A stretch of DNA of 64,000 bases. It comes from Candidatus Magasanikiibacteriota bacterium (GTDB lineage Bacteria; Patescibacteriota; Patescibacteriia; Magasanikbacterales; UBA922). Shown one piece after another: positions 9,801-18,443 of this stretch (position 1 is the stretch's first letter; every line of letters begins with the position of its first letter). The DNA lies in NCBI GenBank assembly GCA_021648085.1, contig JAKITS010000001.1, positions 452,948 through 516,947 of the forward strand. The letters are read 5' to 3'. The position numbers and the translations under genes are program-made. Below the pieces are notes generated by a model. It was not told the DNA's origin. It searched no databases and was given only the letters and a program-made list of their open reading frames with translations.

Positions 9801-12248
9801 ATTTAATGTGACAGTTCCTGATGATTTATTTATGTTTATATCTGAATTTATTTTATCTTCCACTCCTGTTAAATCTATTGTCTGATCTTGGGTTCCCGTT
9901 AGGTTGAATGTGGCCACATCTAAATTGTCAAATGTGCTGGCCATTGAAAAGTTTGTTCCAGTAAATTCTAATATATTACCAGGCATCCTACCATCAATAA
10001 GATTTAAAGTAGAAGAAACTACTAATGTATCTCCTGAAGCAATAGTGACTGTTTGACCACTATCTCCTTCTATTGTTAAGTTTGTAAAAGTAAAAGTTGT
10101 TGGTACATCTATAGTTGCTGATGTTGAATGAGTATAATATAATGTAGTTCCATTTTCATAAACAGTAGCACCAGCTCCAATAGTAAGATTGTAAACAAGA
10201 CTTGTTGTTCCGGTTGGGAATGTAAAAGTTCCGCCTGTAATAAAAAGACCCTCGTAAATATATGTGATTGAAAGATCACCTGTTCCACCATCGAAAGTAC
10301 CTCCAGAAACTATTAAAGCCCTATAACTTTCCATTAATGCACTTTGCATATTGAAAGTTCCACCAGAGATATTTATAGCATAGGAGTTAAAATCCAAATA
10401 GTTTGAATTTTGAGCATCAAAAGTTCCTCCTGTCATTGTAAAAGCACCGTTAAACACAATGTCAGTAGAACTTGCGTTTATTGTTCCAGCTTCTAAATTT
10501 AAAGTACTTTCAAAAGTAGTAGAAGCTACACCAGAAAATTCTATTGTTGTATTCGTTGCGTTTAGTGTAAATTTAGGCATATCGACATCTGCTGGAATTA
10601 TTATATTCCTTGTGTCTGTTCCTGTTATTTTGAGAAGTCCTGTTCCACCATCAAATGTAGTGGCCATAGAAAATCCACTTCCAGGACCTATAAATTCAAA
10701 AGTACCTGAACCATCCAAAGCACCATCAACTAAATTTAAAGTAGAAGAAACTACTAATGTATCTCCTGAAGCCATGCTCACTGTTTGATTAGTACTTCCA
10801 TCAATTATAAAGTTTGTAAAAGTAAAAGTTGTTGGTACATCTATAGTTGCTGATATTGAATGAGTATAATATAATGTAGTTCCATTTTCATAAACAGTAG
10901 CAGTTGCACCAATTGTTAAATTTCTTTTTAAAGTTGTTGTTCCTGTTGGGAATGTAAAAGTTCCTCCTGAAATTGTAAGATTTGCATATGTATATTGAAT
11001 TGTAAGATTTCCTGTTCCACCATCGAAAGTTCCTCCAGAAACTGTTAAAGTGTTATAACTTTCCATTAATGCACTTTGTAAACTAAAAATACCACCTGAT
11101 ATAGTGGTAGAGCCATTAATATCCAAATAATTTGAGTTTTGTGCATCAAAAGTTCCTCCTGTCATTATAATAGATTTAAAGCTTATATCCGTAGAGCTTG
11201 CATTTATAGTACCAGCATCCAAATATAAATAACCTTCAAAAGTTGTAGACGCTACTCCAGAAAATTCTATTGTTGTGTTTACTGCGTCCAATCTAAGTAA
11301 AGGAAGCTTAACATTTGCATCAAGTATAATATTTCTTGTTTCTACTCCTGATATCTTAAGCTGTCCAGATGATGCAGAAGATCCGCCATCAAATGTTGTA
11401 GCCAAAGAAAAACCACTCCCAGGACCTGTAAATTCTAAAACTCCAGTGCCATCTAGCTCTCCGTCTATAAGCGTAAGAGTGGAAGAGACTATTACAGTGT
11501 CACCAGTATAAATAGCTAACCGCTGACCGCTTCCACCAGCAATTGTAAGGTTTGTAAAAGTAAAAGTTGTTGGAACATTTAAAACAGCACTAGTTATAAA
11601 AGTCATTATCAAATTTGTGCCATTTTCATATACAGTAGCACCAGCTCCAATAGTTAAATCGTCTGTAATAGTTGTTGTTCCGGTTGGGAATGTAAAAGTT
11701 CCACCTGAAATTGTAAGATCTGCATAACTATACTGGAATATCATAGTTCCTGTTCCACCATCGAAAGTACCTCCTGAGAAAACGAAATTATTATATGGTT
11801 CGAATACTGAAGATTGCATATTAAATGTACCTCCTGAAATTGTAGTAGATCCATTAATATCAATAATCGTATCCCCTGCATTAAATGTGCCATCAGCCTG
11901 TGTAAAATTTCCAGTAGTAAGCGTAACACCTGTTGCAACAGTAATAGTCCCAGAATAACCAGCATCTATTTGAAAAGTTGTGACAGTAGAATCAACATCA
12001 ATAGTTGCATTGTCCACATCTCCACCATCAAAAATAGCTATGTCTCCAGAAATAGGATGAGTAGTATCATTTGCCCCACCGGTTGTGGTGGACCAATTTG
12101 TGTCAGCAGAAAAATTTCCTCCAGAAGTTCCTATCCAATATTTGGTGGCTGCTTGTGACGCCGTAGGAATTAGTGAAAAAAATAAAAATAAAAAAATAAA
12201 AAAGAATAATTTTCTATACAAAAAATTATTTTTAGGTTTAGCTATCAT
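6867..12248 (-). CDS. Giant secreted T/S/G-rich surface protein (beta-helix-like repeats, Calx-beta-like domain, CPR-type C-terminal repeat), copy 1
   Basis: Signal peptide ending ASQA; three ~245-aa internal repeats; Calx-beta-like INFSATTASGDEG..VDYAITGGTAT..DY; C-terminal GxxxK..S.VY..KR.F repeats. Confidence 0.85.
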   Translation of the reverse strand: MIAKPKNNFLYRKLFFFIFLFLFFSLIPTASQAATKYWIGTSGGNFSADTNWSTTTGGANDTTHPISGDIAIFDGGDVDNATIDVDSTVTTFQIDAGYSGTITVATGVTLTTGNFTQADGTFNAGDTIIDINGSTTISGGTFNMQSSVFEPYNNFVFSGGTFDGGTGTMIFQYSYADLTISGGTFTFPTGTTTITDDLTIGAGATVYENGTNLIMTFITSAVLNVPTTFTFTNLTIAGGSGQRLAIYTGDTVIVSSTLTLIDGELDGTGVLEFTGPGSGFSLATTFDGGSSASSGQLKISGVETRNIILDANVKLPLLRLDAVNTTIEFSGVASTTFEGYLYLDAGTINASSTDISFKSIIMTGGTFDAQNSNYLDINGSTTISGGIFSLQSALMESYNTLTVSGGTFDGGTGNLTIQYTYANLTISGGTFTFPTGTTTLKRNLTIGATATVYENGTTLYYTHSISATIDVPTTFTFTNFIIDGSTNQTVSMASGDTLVVSSTLNLVDGALDGSGTFEFIGPGSGFSMATTFDGGTGLLKITGTDTRNIIIPADVDMPKFTLNATNTTIEFSGVASTTFESTLNLEAGTINASSTDIVFNGAFTMTGGTFDAQNSNYLDFNSYAINISGGTFNMQSALMESYRALIVSGGTFDGGTGDLSITYIYEGLFITGGTFTFPTGTTSLVYNLTIGAGATVYENGTTLYYTHSTSATIDVPTTFTFTNLTIEGDSGQTVTIASGDTLVVSSTLNLIDGRMPGNILEFTGTNFSMASTFDNLDVATFNLTGTQDQTIDLTGVEDKINSDININKSSGTVTLNSGLTMDYANTDLNIIEGTLDLNGNTLIVNGSSGTVVVQDGGILKMQGGETVTTNATYPSFSSGSSAIFYGASSYTLPSFSTFYDVSFTGGGTYTFNTSTVATSTMTISSGTVALNGNNLTVSSTFSNDGTLRIQGGETVTLTNDTDSGTVEYVGNGDASSDAYSTSIVDFYDISINFTDSGDSLAPSVATTNINNDITLASGIYSATGTLNITGDFLNTGGTLTPNSSTVDFVGASQTISGANTFYNLTKTDSSANTFTLPASTTTTVNGTLTLAGTSGNLLSLRSSSSGTQTKFDPKSTTSAQYLDVKDNNNLSSTQIVCTTGCSDSGNNTRWQFDYEINFSATTASGDEGTTAVSVLISSDQSVVSDVSVDYAITGGTATGSGTDYTLSSGTASITNGNTTTSLSLVVVDDDLVENDETLIITISNPVGGSLGSTTTYTYTITNNDTAGVTISLSSVSVTEGSTTDTYTAVLDAQPTDDVTVSAALSNSEVSLSSSDLTFTNANWDTEQTVTVTATDDSEVDGETTTIISNTSASSDSNFDSLTIASVTATITDDDVASTGGGFFAPPPTPSKTPATESVSSGLLFTEFFLQEEKSAEVGASFHSVFVSRIAKESITVTIESDPIILNLIKGVSQKVDTNKDGVLDLEIEYAEFLNYDSVKINLINLTDESEISNPVVINYGAYTTESRDVTITFNILDADRMAVSNSKDFAGSVFTPFTSKLNWKLPSGNGEKTVYSKFLSSGGTASTYFDTILLNELNTETETDTQTEKQGSDCSLKEGGVYKTPNSSAVYLVTPDCKKRAFSRADVFYTYFDSWNNVEIVEEKRLETVEDDTLGFMPWGPKYDPKYGALVKITTDPMVYLLLGNQKYWIDSEEVFNKLNYSWNWIEDIDPRLLNKYTIGEIIDYTNRHPNYTLVKYENNPEVFRLEPDLTDQTKQVKRHIKNEEAFSRLNFRWDRIVTIKNDEEYEIGKELK

Positions 12249-12336
12249 ATATAAAAATCTCTATTAATCTTTTAATTATATCTTTTAATTACAATAATAT
12301 CAAATTGGGAATTGTGAATAAAAAATTATTAAAAAT

Positions 12337-12364
12337 AAAAAAAGACGCTCAGCGTCTTTTTTTT
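12337..12364. terminator. Terminator downstream of rplU, at the right edge of the duplicated unit
   Basis: AAAAAAAGACGCT-C-AGCGTCTTTTTTTT. Confidence 0.75.
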
Positions 12365-12377
12365 AACTGAAATATTT

Positions 12378-12692
12378 TTAAGCGATTTCAGTAATTTTAA
12401 TTTTTGTAAAATGTTGTCTGTGTCCAAAAACTTTTTTATAGCGTATTTTTCTTTTGTATTTTACTACACGAACTTTTTTACTACGACCGTTTTCTTCTAC
12501 TGTAGCTTTTACAATAGCACCTTCAACAATAGGTGTTCCAACTTTTACATCTCCACCCTCTTCGTTTGCAAGCAAGTAAACTTTATCAAAAGTAACTTCC
12601 TCACCTTCATTTATATCTAATTTTTCTACTTTTAGAACGCTTCCCACCTTCACAAGGTATTGCTTTCCACCAGTTTCTATAACTGCAATCAT
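12378..12692 (-). CDS. rplU: 50S ribosomal protein L21
   Basis: AVIETGGKQY...GHRQxFT motifs. Confidence 0.98.
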   Translation of the reverse strand: MIAVIETGGKQYLVKVGSVLKVEKLDINEGEEVTFDKVYLLANEEGGDVKVGTPIVEGAIVKATVEENGRSKKVRVVKYKRKIRYKKVFGHRQHFTKIKITEIA

Positions 12693-12722
12693 ATACGTAA
12701 ACATTTAATTTAATCCGCCAAA

Positions 12723-12908
12723 TAGGCCATTATGTAATTGCTTTTAGTTAGAATTTAATAAAATTTAAGCGAAAACAATTTTTTATTAATAAACTTTATA
12801 AATATAAGGTGTTTAAGAAAAAATAGTTTGTAGCTAAATTTTATAAATTATGGGCTAAAATGAATTACACAATGGGTCTATAATACATTATTTTTTTATT
12901 TTAGTCAA
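12723..12908 (-). promoter_or_regulatory. rplU sigma70 promoter and long rod-shaped 5' leader
   Basis: TTGACT(12908-12903)-17-TATTAT; 12723-12880 forms an extended imperfect inverted repeat. Confidence 0.6.
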
Positions 12909-12910
12909 GC

Positions 12911-13387
12911 CTATTTGTCGGAAACAGTCAAAATATCACCTATTTTAAGATTATTTTGCTCTGCCCAGTTTGCTGGTAATTCCAAAACCATGTTTGAGTC
13001 TTTTCTTGGATAATACACCATAAGCTCAGTGTTTGATATATTTTCAGGTTGCAAATTTGGTGCAATATCTACTACTTTCCCACTATTAAACCAAACAATA
13101 TCTATTGAAAACTCCATATCCCTCATTACAAAACCATGTCTGTCAAAATTATCAAATAAAAACATCATTCCATCGAATTTTCCAAAATCTTTCCGATTAC
13201 TTAGACCTTTATATCTTGTAGATTTTGTATTGGAAACCATTACATTCAGATTTTTATCTTGCAAAACAACTACCGCACTCGGCGTACGCAAGTTCCAAAC
13301 AGATAATACTGAAAATGCTACAAAAAATATACCTAAAAATATTAAATTTATTTTTTTAAATGCACCCTTCTTTTTTTTAATGCCCAT
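12911..13387 (-). CDS. DUF192 family protein with N-terminal TM
   Basis: GLSxR...GMMFLF...FVMRDM.FSIDIVW...VLELPA. Confidence 0.9.
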   Translation of the reverse strand: MGIKKKKGAFKKINLIFLGIFFVAFSVLSVWNLRTPSAVVVLQDKNLNVMVSNTKSTRYKGLSNRKDFGKFDGMMFLFDNFDRHGFVMRDMEFSIDIVWFNSGKVVDIAPNLQPENISNTELMVYYPRKDSNMVLELPANWAEQNNLKIGDILTVSDK

Positions 13388-13411
13388 ATTTTTTGTTTTA
13401 TTATTTAAATT

Positions 13412-14479
13412 TTATTTTTTTCCTGCTTCTTGTTTTTTGTTTATTTTTGTAAACCTAAACGCTAACAAAAGCATTAAAATAAACAGTAAGACAAGTGCAA
13501 TTAGTTTCTGACTACTTTGTAAAAACAATGCTGTTAACCCAAACAAAATTGCTATAGTATAAAAAAATAATACTGCCTGTTTTTGTGAAAAACCAGACTC
13601 CAAAAGTTGAAAATGTAAATGCTCCCTATCCCCCAAAAATACCGACTTCTTTTTTTGTATTCTACGAATTATCACCCTACCAATATCTAGCATTGGCACA
13701 CCAACAACCAAAAGTGTGATGGCTATTTTACTTCCAGAAATAATTGCCAAAGATCCAAGAATAAAACCAACAAACAAACTTCCCCCTTCACCCAAAAATA
13801 TTTTTGCCGGTGAAAAATTCCACACCAAAAAACCCAAACAAGCACCAGCAAAAACAATAGATATAACTGCAATCTCAGGCTGAAACCAAATTGTATAAGT
13901 AGAAAAAGAAAATATCATCAAAGCACCAATAAACACCAAGCCAGTGACCAAACCATCTAAACCATCTAAAAGTTTTGTGGTATACATCATTGCCATAAGC
14001 CAAAAAAATACTATAATATCTGCCAAAATAGCCCAATCACCAAAAGAACCAAAAGAAACTTTAAATAAACTTAAATCAAAAACTCCACCAAAAGGATTTG
14101 TGATTATATGTGGCCCAACTCCAAAAAATATCACAACTAAAACCGCAAAAATAGGAAAAACTATTTGGGTTTTTGCTTTTAAATTATACTTATCGTCTAA
14201 AAAACCGCCAATGATTAAAATTAAACTCCCCACAAAAAGCCCAATGAATTTTCTAAAACCTACATTTAGACCTAAAATTCCATTATAATAAAGCGAAAAA
14301 GAAACGATAAAAAAACTAATCATAATCGCCAAACCACCACCAAGTGGAATCTTTTTTTTATGCCTTTTTCTTTTTCCGTGCGGAATATCCATGACATTCA
14401 TTTTCTTCATCAAAACCAAAACAACCTTCGATAAAGAAAGTGACAAAATAAATGTTATAAAAAAATATATTAAAAGCAT
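13412..14479 (-). CDS. MraY/WecA/TagO-family polyprenyl-phosphate sugar-1-phosphate transferase
   Basis: PLGGG, GFLDDK, LDGLDGL, NFSPAKIFLGEGG, DREHLHFQL. Confidence 0.92.
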   Translation of the reverse strand: MLLIYFFITFILSLSLSKVVLVLMKKMNVMDIPHGKRKRHKKKIPLGGGLAIMISFFIVSFSLYYNGILGLNVGFRKFIGLFVGSLILIIGGFLDDKYNLKAKTQIVFPIFAVLVVIFFGVGPHIITNPFGGVFDLSLFKVSFGSFGDWAILADIIVFFWLMAMMYTTKLLDGLDGLVTGLVFIGALMIFSFSTYTIWFQPEIAVISIVFAGACLGFLVWNFSPAKIFLGEGGSLFVGFILGSLAIISGSKIAITLLVVGVPMLDIGRVIIRRIQKKKSVFLGDREHLHFQLLESGFSQKQAVLFFYTIAILFGLTALFLQSSQKLIALVLLFILMLLLAFRFTKINKKQEAGKK

Positions 14480-14545
14480 AATTTGGACGGTCTATAATTA
14501 TCTGATAAAATAACATTATGTAAAGAAACAAACAAGGAGGGCATT

Positions 14546-14911
14546 GTGTCTATATCGTTCATTACAAAAACAGCTTGGGTGATAAATCCAGACGACCCAT
14601 CACAAATAGAATATTTTTTGTTTCTAAATGCAGAGAAAATGGAAGCTGACCAAAATTTTAAAGATTTTTTAGGAGAAGAGTATTCTGTTGTGGACTTGGG
14701 AGAATATGTAAATGATTTACTTGATTTTATACTTGTAAATTGCATACAGACTTTTGATTTTATATATAGCAAACAGCAGGAAAATTATGCAATTGCAGCT
14801 TTAGATATAAGTCAAAGAGATGAAAACAATGTATCTACAGACTTTTTATTTATTATAGTTTTAGAAAAAATAGATTCAGATAAAAAAAATCATCTCAAAT
14901 TAGTAGAATAA
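14546..14911 (+). CDS. Hypothetical acidic protein (orphan unit)
   Basis: GTG start preceded by AAGGAGG; extended -10 TGaTAAAAT upstream. Confidence 0.65.
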   Translation: MSISFITKTAWVINPDDPSQIEYFLFLNAEKMEADQNFKDFLGEEYSVVDLGEYVNDLLDFILVNCIQTFDFIYSKQQENYAIAALDISQRDENNVSTDFLFIIVLEKIDSDKKNHLKLVE

Positions 14912-14921
14912 GGAGTATAAA

Positions 14922-15224
14922 ATGTCCATCGTCAAAAATATAGTCTTACTAGAATATAAAGACAATTCTTCAGAAATAGATATTATTGTCACTCTAAGTA
15001 AAATATTAATGGCGTTAAGTTCAGAATGTAAAAAAGCTTTAGGAATAAACCCGTCTTTGAGACTTTTGACCATCTTTATTTTGCAAAATTTTCCAGAAGT
15101 ATCAGGTATTTTAAGTGAAAAAATATCAGAAGGTTGTGAGTTGAAACACATAAACATAGAGGTAGGTAGTACAAGCAATCCTTTAATGTTGTTAATTTTT
15201 ACACTGAAAAAACCAACAAGTTAA
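14922..15224 (+). CDS. Hypothetical protein (orphan unit)
   Basis: AAGGAG SD; followed by the terminator AAAACTACAC-N8-GTGTAGTTTT. Confidence 0.6.
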   Translation: MSIVKNIVLLEYKDNSSEIDIIVTLSKILMALSSECKKALGINPSLRLLTIFILQNFPEVSGILSEKISEGCELKHINIEVGSTSNPLMLLIFTLKKPTS

Positions 15225-15255
15225 TCTAAAACTACACACTTAAGGGTGTAGTTTT

Positions 15256-17985
15256 TTATTTAATCTCTAACTCTAAACCTCTCCCCAAAATCACGACATC
15301 TCCCCTATTTAATTTATCTTCCAAAAACAAATCTGCCAACTTATTTTCTACATTGTCTTGAATAGCTCTTCGCATTGGTCGTGCTCCAAAATCTGGATCA
15401 TAGCCAATATCAGCTAATTCTTCTAGTGCAATACTCTCCACTTTAAACTCAAAACCTTTCTCTTCCAATTGTACACCAACTTGTTTTAACATCAAACTTG
15501 CAATTTGTTTTATCTCTTCTTTTTCTAAAGTTTTGAACAAAACTATAGCATCAAACCTATTTAAAAACTCTGGTGCAAAATATTCACGAAGCTCATTTCG
15601 CATCATTTTTTGCCGAACCTCTTCTACCTCTACACCACTATTTAATTGTTCTTGTGCAAAAGCTGTGCCAGCGTTTGAAGTAGAAATTATAATTGTATTT
15701 GTAAAATCTACCGTTCTACCAACACTATCTGTAAGACGCCCGTCATCAAAAACCTGTAAAAATAAATTTAAAACATCTTTGTGTGCTTTTTCTAATTCGT
15801 CTAGCAAAACAAGTGAGAAAGGTTGTTTCATTACAGCTTCGGTGAGAATTCCTGTTCCTTGTTTTTCTGGTTGCCCAATCAATCTGTAAATACTATTTGG
15901 CTCTTGGTACTCACTCATATCTATTCTTATCATATTGTTTTCTGAGCCAAAATAATTATTTGCAATTGTTTTAGCAAGTTCTGTCTTTCCTACTCCGGTT
16001 GGACCTAAAAATAAAAACACAGAAATTGGCTTTTTCTCACTCCGCATACCAGCTCTTGCGCGCTTTAGTGCGTTTGCAACAAGCTCAACAGCATCGTCCT
16101 GACCAATTACCCTTTTGTGCATTTCATCTCCCAAATTCATCAACTTACTCTTTTCTTCACTTGTTACAGAAACCGCTGGAATTCCAGTCTTGCTTTTTAT
16201 AATATATCCAATATCTTCCTCGGTCACCAGCTGAGAATTTGGTTTTGAGTGAACATAAGAACCAGCTTCATTTACAATTTCTAGCGCACTTCCTGGTAAA
16301 CTCTTGTTGTTTATAAACTTCCTTGCCAAAACTACAGATTGTTCAATTGCAGAATAAGAAAAAAATACTTTATTTTTACTTTCAACTCCCCCAATTTTGG
16401 ATTCTACCACTTGAATTGCCTGATTATTATCCAATTCTTTTATGTCCACAGTTTCAAAAACAGAGCTTAAATTACTTCCAGAAATAAATTTTTTATAGCC
16501 ACTATTTGTACTTGTTGCAAAAGTTAAAATACTTCCACCACTCAAATGTTCGCTTAGGCTATTTGCAACTTCATTTGCCAACTCACTAGCCTCTGTATTC
16601 AATAATTCATCTAAATTTTCTAAAAATAAAATTACATTTCCAGCTCTAGCTACTTCACTCATAATTGTTAGAACCCTTTCTTTTGCCCCACTCGGCGTAG
16701 TGCCAGCGGTTAGTGAGCTCATAGAAATTTTTACCAATCTTTTGTCAAATAATCTTTCTGGAACATTGTTTTCTATCATTTTTCTTGCAAGCCCTTCTAC
16801 TAATGTTCTTTTGCCAACACCATAATCTCCCACAAGTAAAATACTAGACCTACCACTATCCACAACTCTAAAAATTTCTTCGAATTCTTTTTTTCTGCCA
16901 ATACATGGTGCAATTGCCCCATATTTTGCCATTGCAGTGAGATCTTCGCTAAATCTATTTAAATAGGGAGTAGAGACCGCAGTCATAGCTCTATCAATTC
17001 CATGTTTACTACGGAAAGATCCTGCTTTTTTAAGTTCTTTGTACTCTTCTCGCAATTTTTCTCGCAAAGAAAACCAAGCCGTCACATTTTCTAATTTATC
17101 ACTGTCAATTTTTAAATCATACAAAATTTCTTGTAACCTCTCTGATTGTTCCAAAGTACAGACTAACAAATCCAAAACACCAACATATTTTTGACCATTT
17201 TTGAAAGCTAATTCATAAGCTTTGAAAATAATCTGATAAAAATCCTCTCTAAACTCTGGTAAATGCACACTTTTTCCAGGTGTCAGAAGTAAATCCTGAT
17301 ATTGCTCTTTGAAAAATTTTGTCGGTACTTCAAGCCGAAGCATTGAAGAAGAGACAAGTTTAGAGTCTAATAGTCCCATAAATAAATACTCCGAATTTAC
17401 CTCTACTGATTTTTTATTTTTAGCTGTCAAATATACTTTTCCCAAAACATCTAGTGCGTCTTCCGTAAAACTTTTTGATATGTCTTTTTGTTGAGTTTTT
17501 TTAAACTTATCGACAATACTCCAATCTGATGAAGTAAGGTTTGAAAATTCTTGCTTTTCAAACTCTAATTTCTTTTTATAATTATAACTCTCAACTTTTC
17601 CAGCCTTTTTACCAAAAACCATTGTTCTATAAATAAAATAGCAAAAAAAGAAAATAGAAATTAAAAACAAAGCAACCAAATAATTACCAGAACCAAACCA
17701 AAAATCTGAAGTAAAAAAAGAAATAACTTCTAAATCTCTATAAAGAAAAAAAGAGAGTAATCCAAAGAAGATAAACGATAGAAACAAAGAAAGCGTTATT
17801 CTAATTTTATCCAAAACCTTTCTTCCTTTTTTAAGTTTTATATTATATTCAGTTATTTCGCTACCCCAATTTAACAATAAATTTCTACGGACCAAAACAG
17901 CCAAAAATCCACTGCAAGCAGTTTTGAATTTTCCCGGATCAGAACAGATTATAACTGGTAATTGTTCACCTTTTTGAAACTTCAT
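15256..17985 (-). CDS. ClpA/ClpC-family AAA+ ATPase with N-terminal transmembrane segments
   Basis: GPTGVGKTELAK, RIDMSEY, LLDELEKAH, DDGRLTD, FGARP; two hydrophobic helices near the N-terminus; first AAA module degenerate. Confidence 0.9.
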   Translation of the reverse strand: MKFQKGEQLPVIICSDPGKFKTACSGFLAVLVRRNLLLNWGSEITEYNIKLKKGRKVLDKIRITLSLFLSFIFFGLLSFFLYRDLEVISFFTSDFWFGSGNYLVALFLISIFFFCYFIYRTMVFGKKAGKVESYNYKKKLEFEKQEFSNLTSSDWSIVDKFKKTQQKDISKSFTEDALDVLGKVYLTAKNKKSVEVNSEYLFMGLLDSKLVSSSMLRLEVPTKFFKEQYQDLLLTPGKSVHLPEFREDFYQIIFKAYELAFKNGQKYVGVLDLLVCTLEQSERLQEILYDLKIDSDKLENVTAWFSLREKLREEYKELKKAGSFRSKHGIDRAMTAVSTPYLNRFSEDLTAMAKYGAIAPCIGRKKEFEEIFRVVDSGRSSILLVGDYGVGKRTLVEGLARKMIENNVPERLFDKRLVKISMSSLTAGTTPSGAKERVLTIMSEVARAGNVILFLENLDELLNTEASELANEVANSLSEHLSGGSILTFATSTNSGYKKFISGSNLSSVFETVDIKELDNNQAIQVVESKIGGVESKNKVFFSYSAIEQSVVLARKFINNKSLPGSALEIVNEAGSYVHSKPNSQLVTEEDIGYIIKSKTGIPAVSVTSEEKSKLMNLGDEMHKRVIGQDDAVELVANALKRARAGMRSEKKPISVFLFLGPTGVGKTELAKTIANNYFGSENNMIRIDMSEYQEPNSIYRLIGQPEKQGTGILTEAVMKQPFSLVLLDELEKAHKDVLNLFLQVFDDGRLTDSVGRTVDFTNTIIISTSNAGTAFAQEQLNSGVEVEEVRQKMMRNELREYFAPEFLNRFDAIVLFKTLEKEEIKQIASLMLKQVGVQLEEKGFEFKVESIALEELADIGYDPDFGARPMRRAIQDNVENKLADLFLEDKLNRGDVVILGRGLELEIK

Positions 17986-18341
17986 AATAAACCAATAGAG
18001 CTAATAAAAACTACAAGTAGTACAGATGGGAAACTAATCCAAAACAAAACAAAAACCCCAACAATCCAAATCCAACCGATGACCAAAAATCCACGAACAA
18101 CCCCATTTACAAGTCGCATAAAAAAACTCATAATTCTACCCTGCAAATCATACTGCCCAAACATTGGCACAAAGAGATTTTTAAACCACAAAAGTGGAGC
18201 TAAGCGTAAATTTGCCTGCCCAACCAAATTATAAGAAAAAATCAAAATCTGCTGTAAACCTTTTGTAAACCACCAAACTGGAAAATACAAAAAATCTAGC
18301 AGAAAATCTATAATTAATTTTTGTATAATTGCTATCCACAT
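17982..18341 (-). CDS. Small membrane protein translationally coupled to the Clp ATPase
   Basis: 119 aa, hydrophobic, FPVWW and KNLFVPMFGQYD; 4-nt ATGA overlap with the Clp gene. Confidence 0.75.
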   Translation of the reverse strand: MWIAIIQKLIIDFLLDFLYFPVWWFTKGLQQILIFSYNLVGQANLRLAPLLWFKNLFVPMFGQYDLQGRIMSFFMRLVNGVVRGFLVIGWIWIVGVFVLFWISFPSVLLVVFISSIGLL

Positions 18342-18443
18342 ACATATATAATACCATATTTTTAGAGGTGGAACTAACTTGACCTTTTTATAAAAAATAA
18401 TGTACTATATTTCTATACGATCATTACAATAAGAGGGGTAAAA

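Larger units (their letters stand above)
6834..12365. repeat. 5.5 kb direct repeat, copy 1 (copy 2 at 46817-52357)
   Basis: ORF translations match except 2 aa; shared sequence runs from the hairpin AAAAACCCGCATTTCGCGGG to the hairpin GACGCTCAGCGTC(T)8. Confidence 0.95.
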
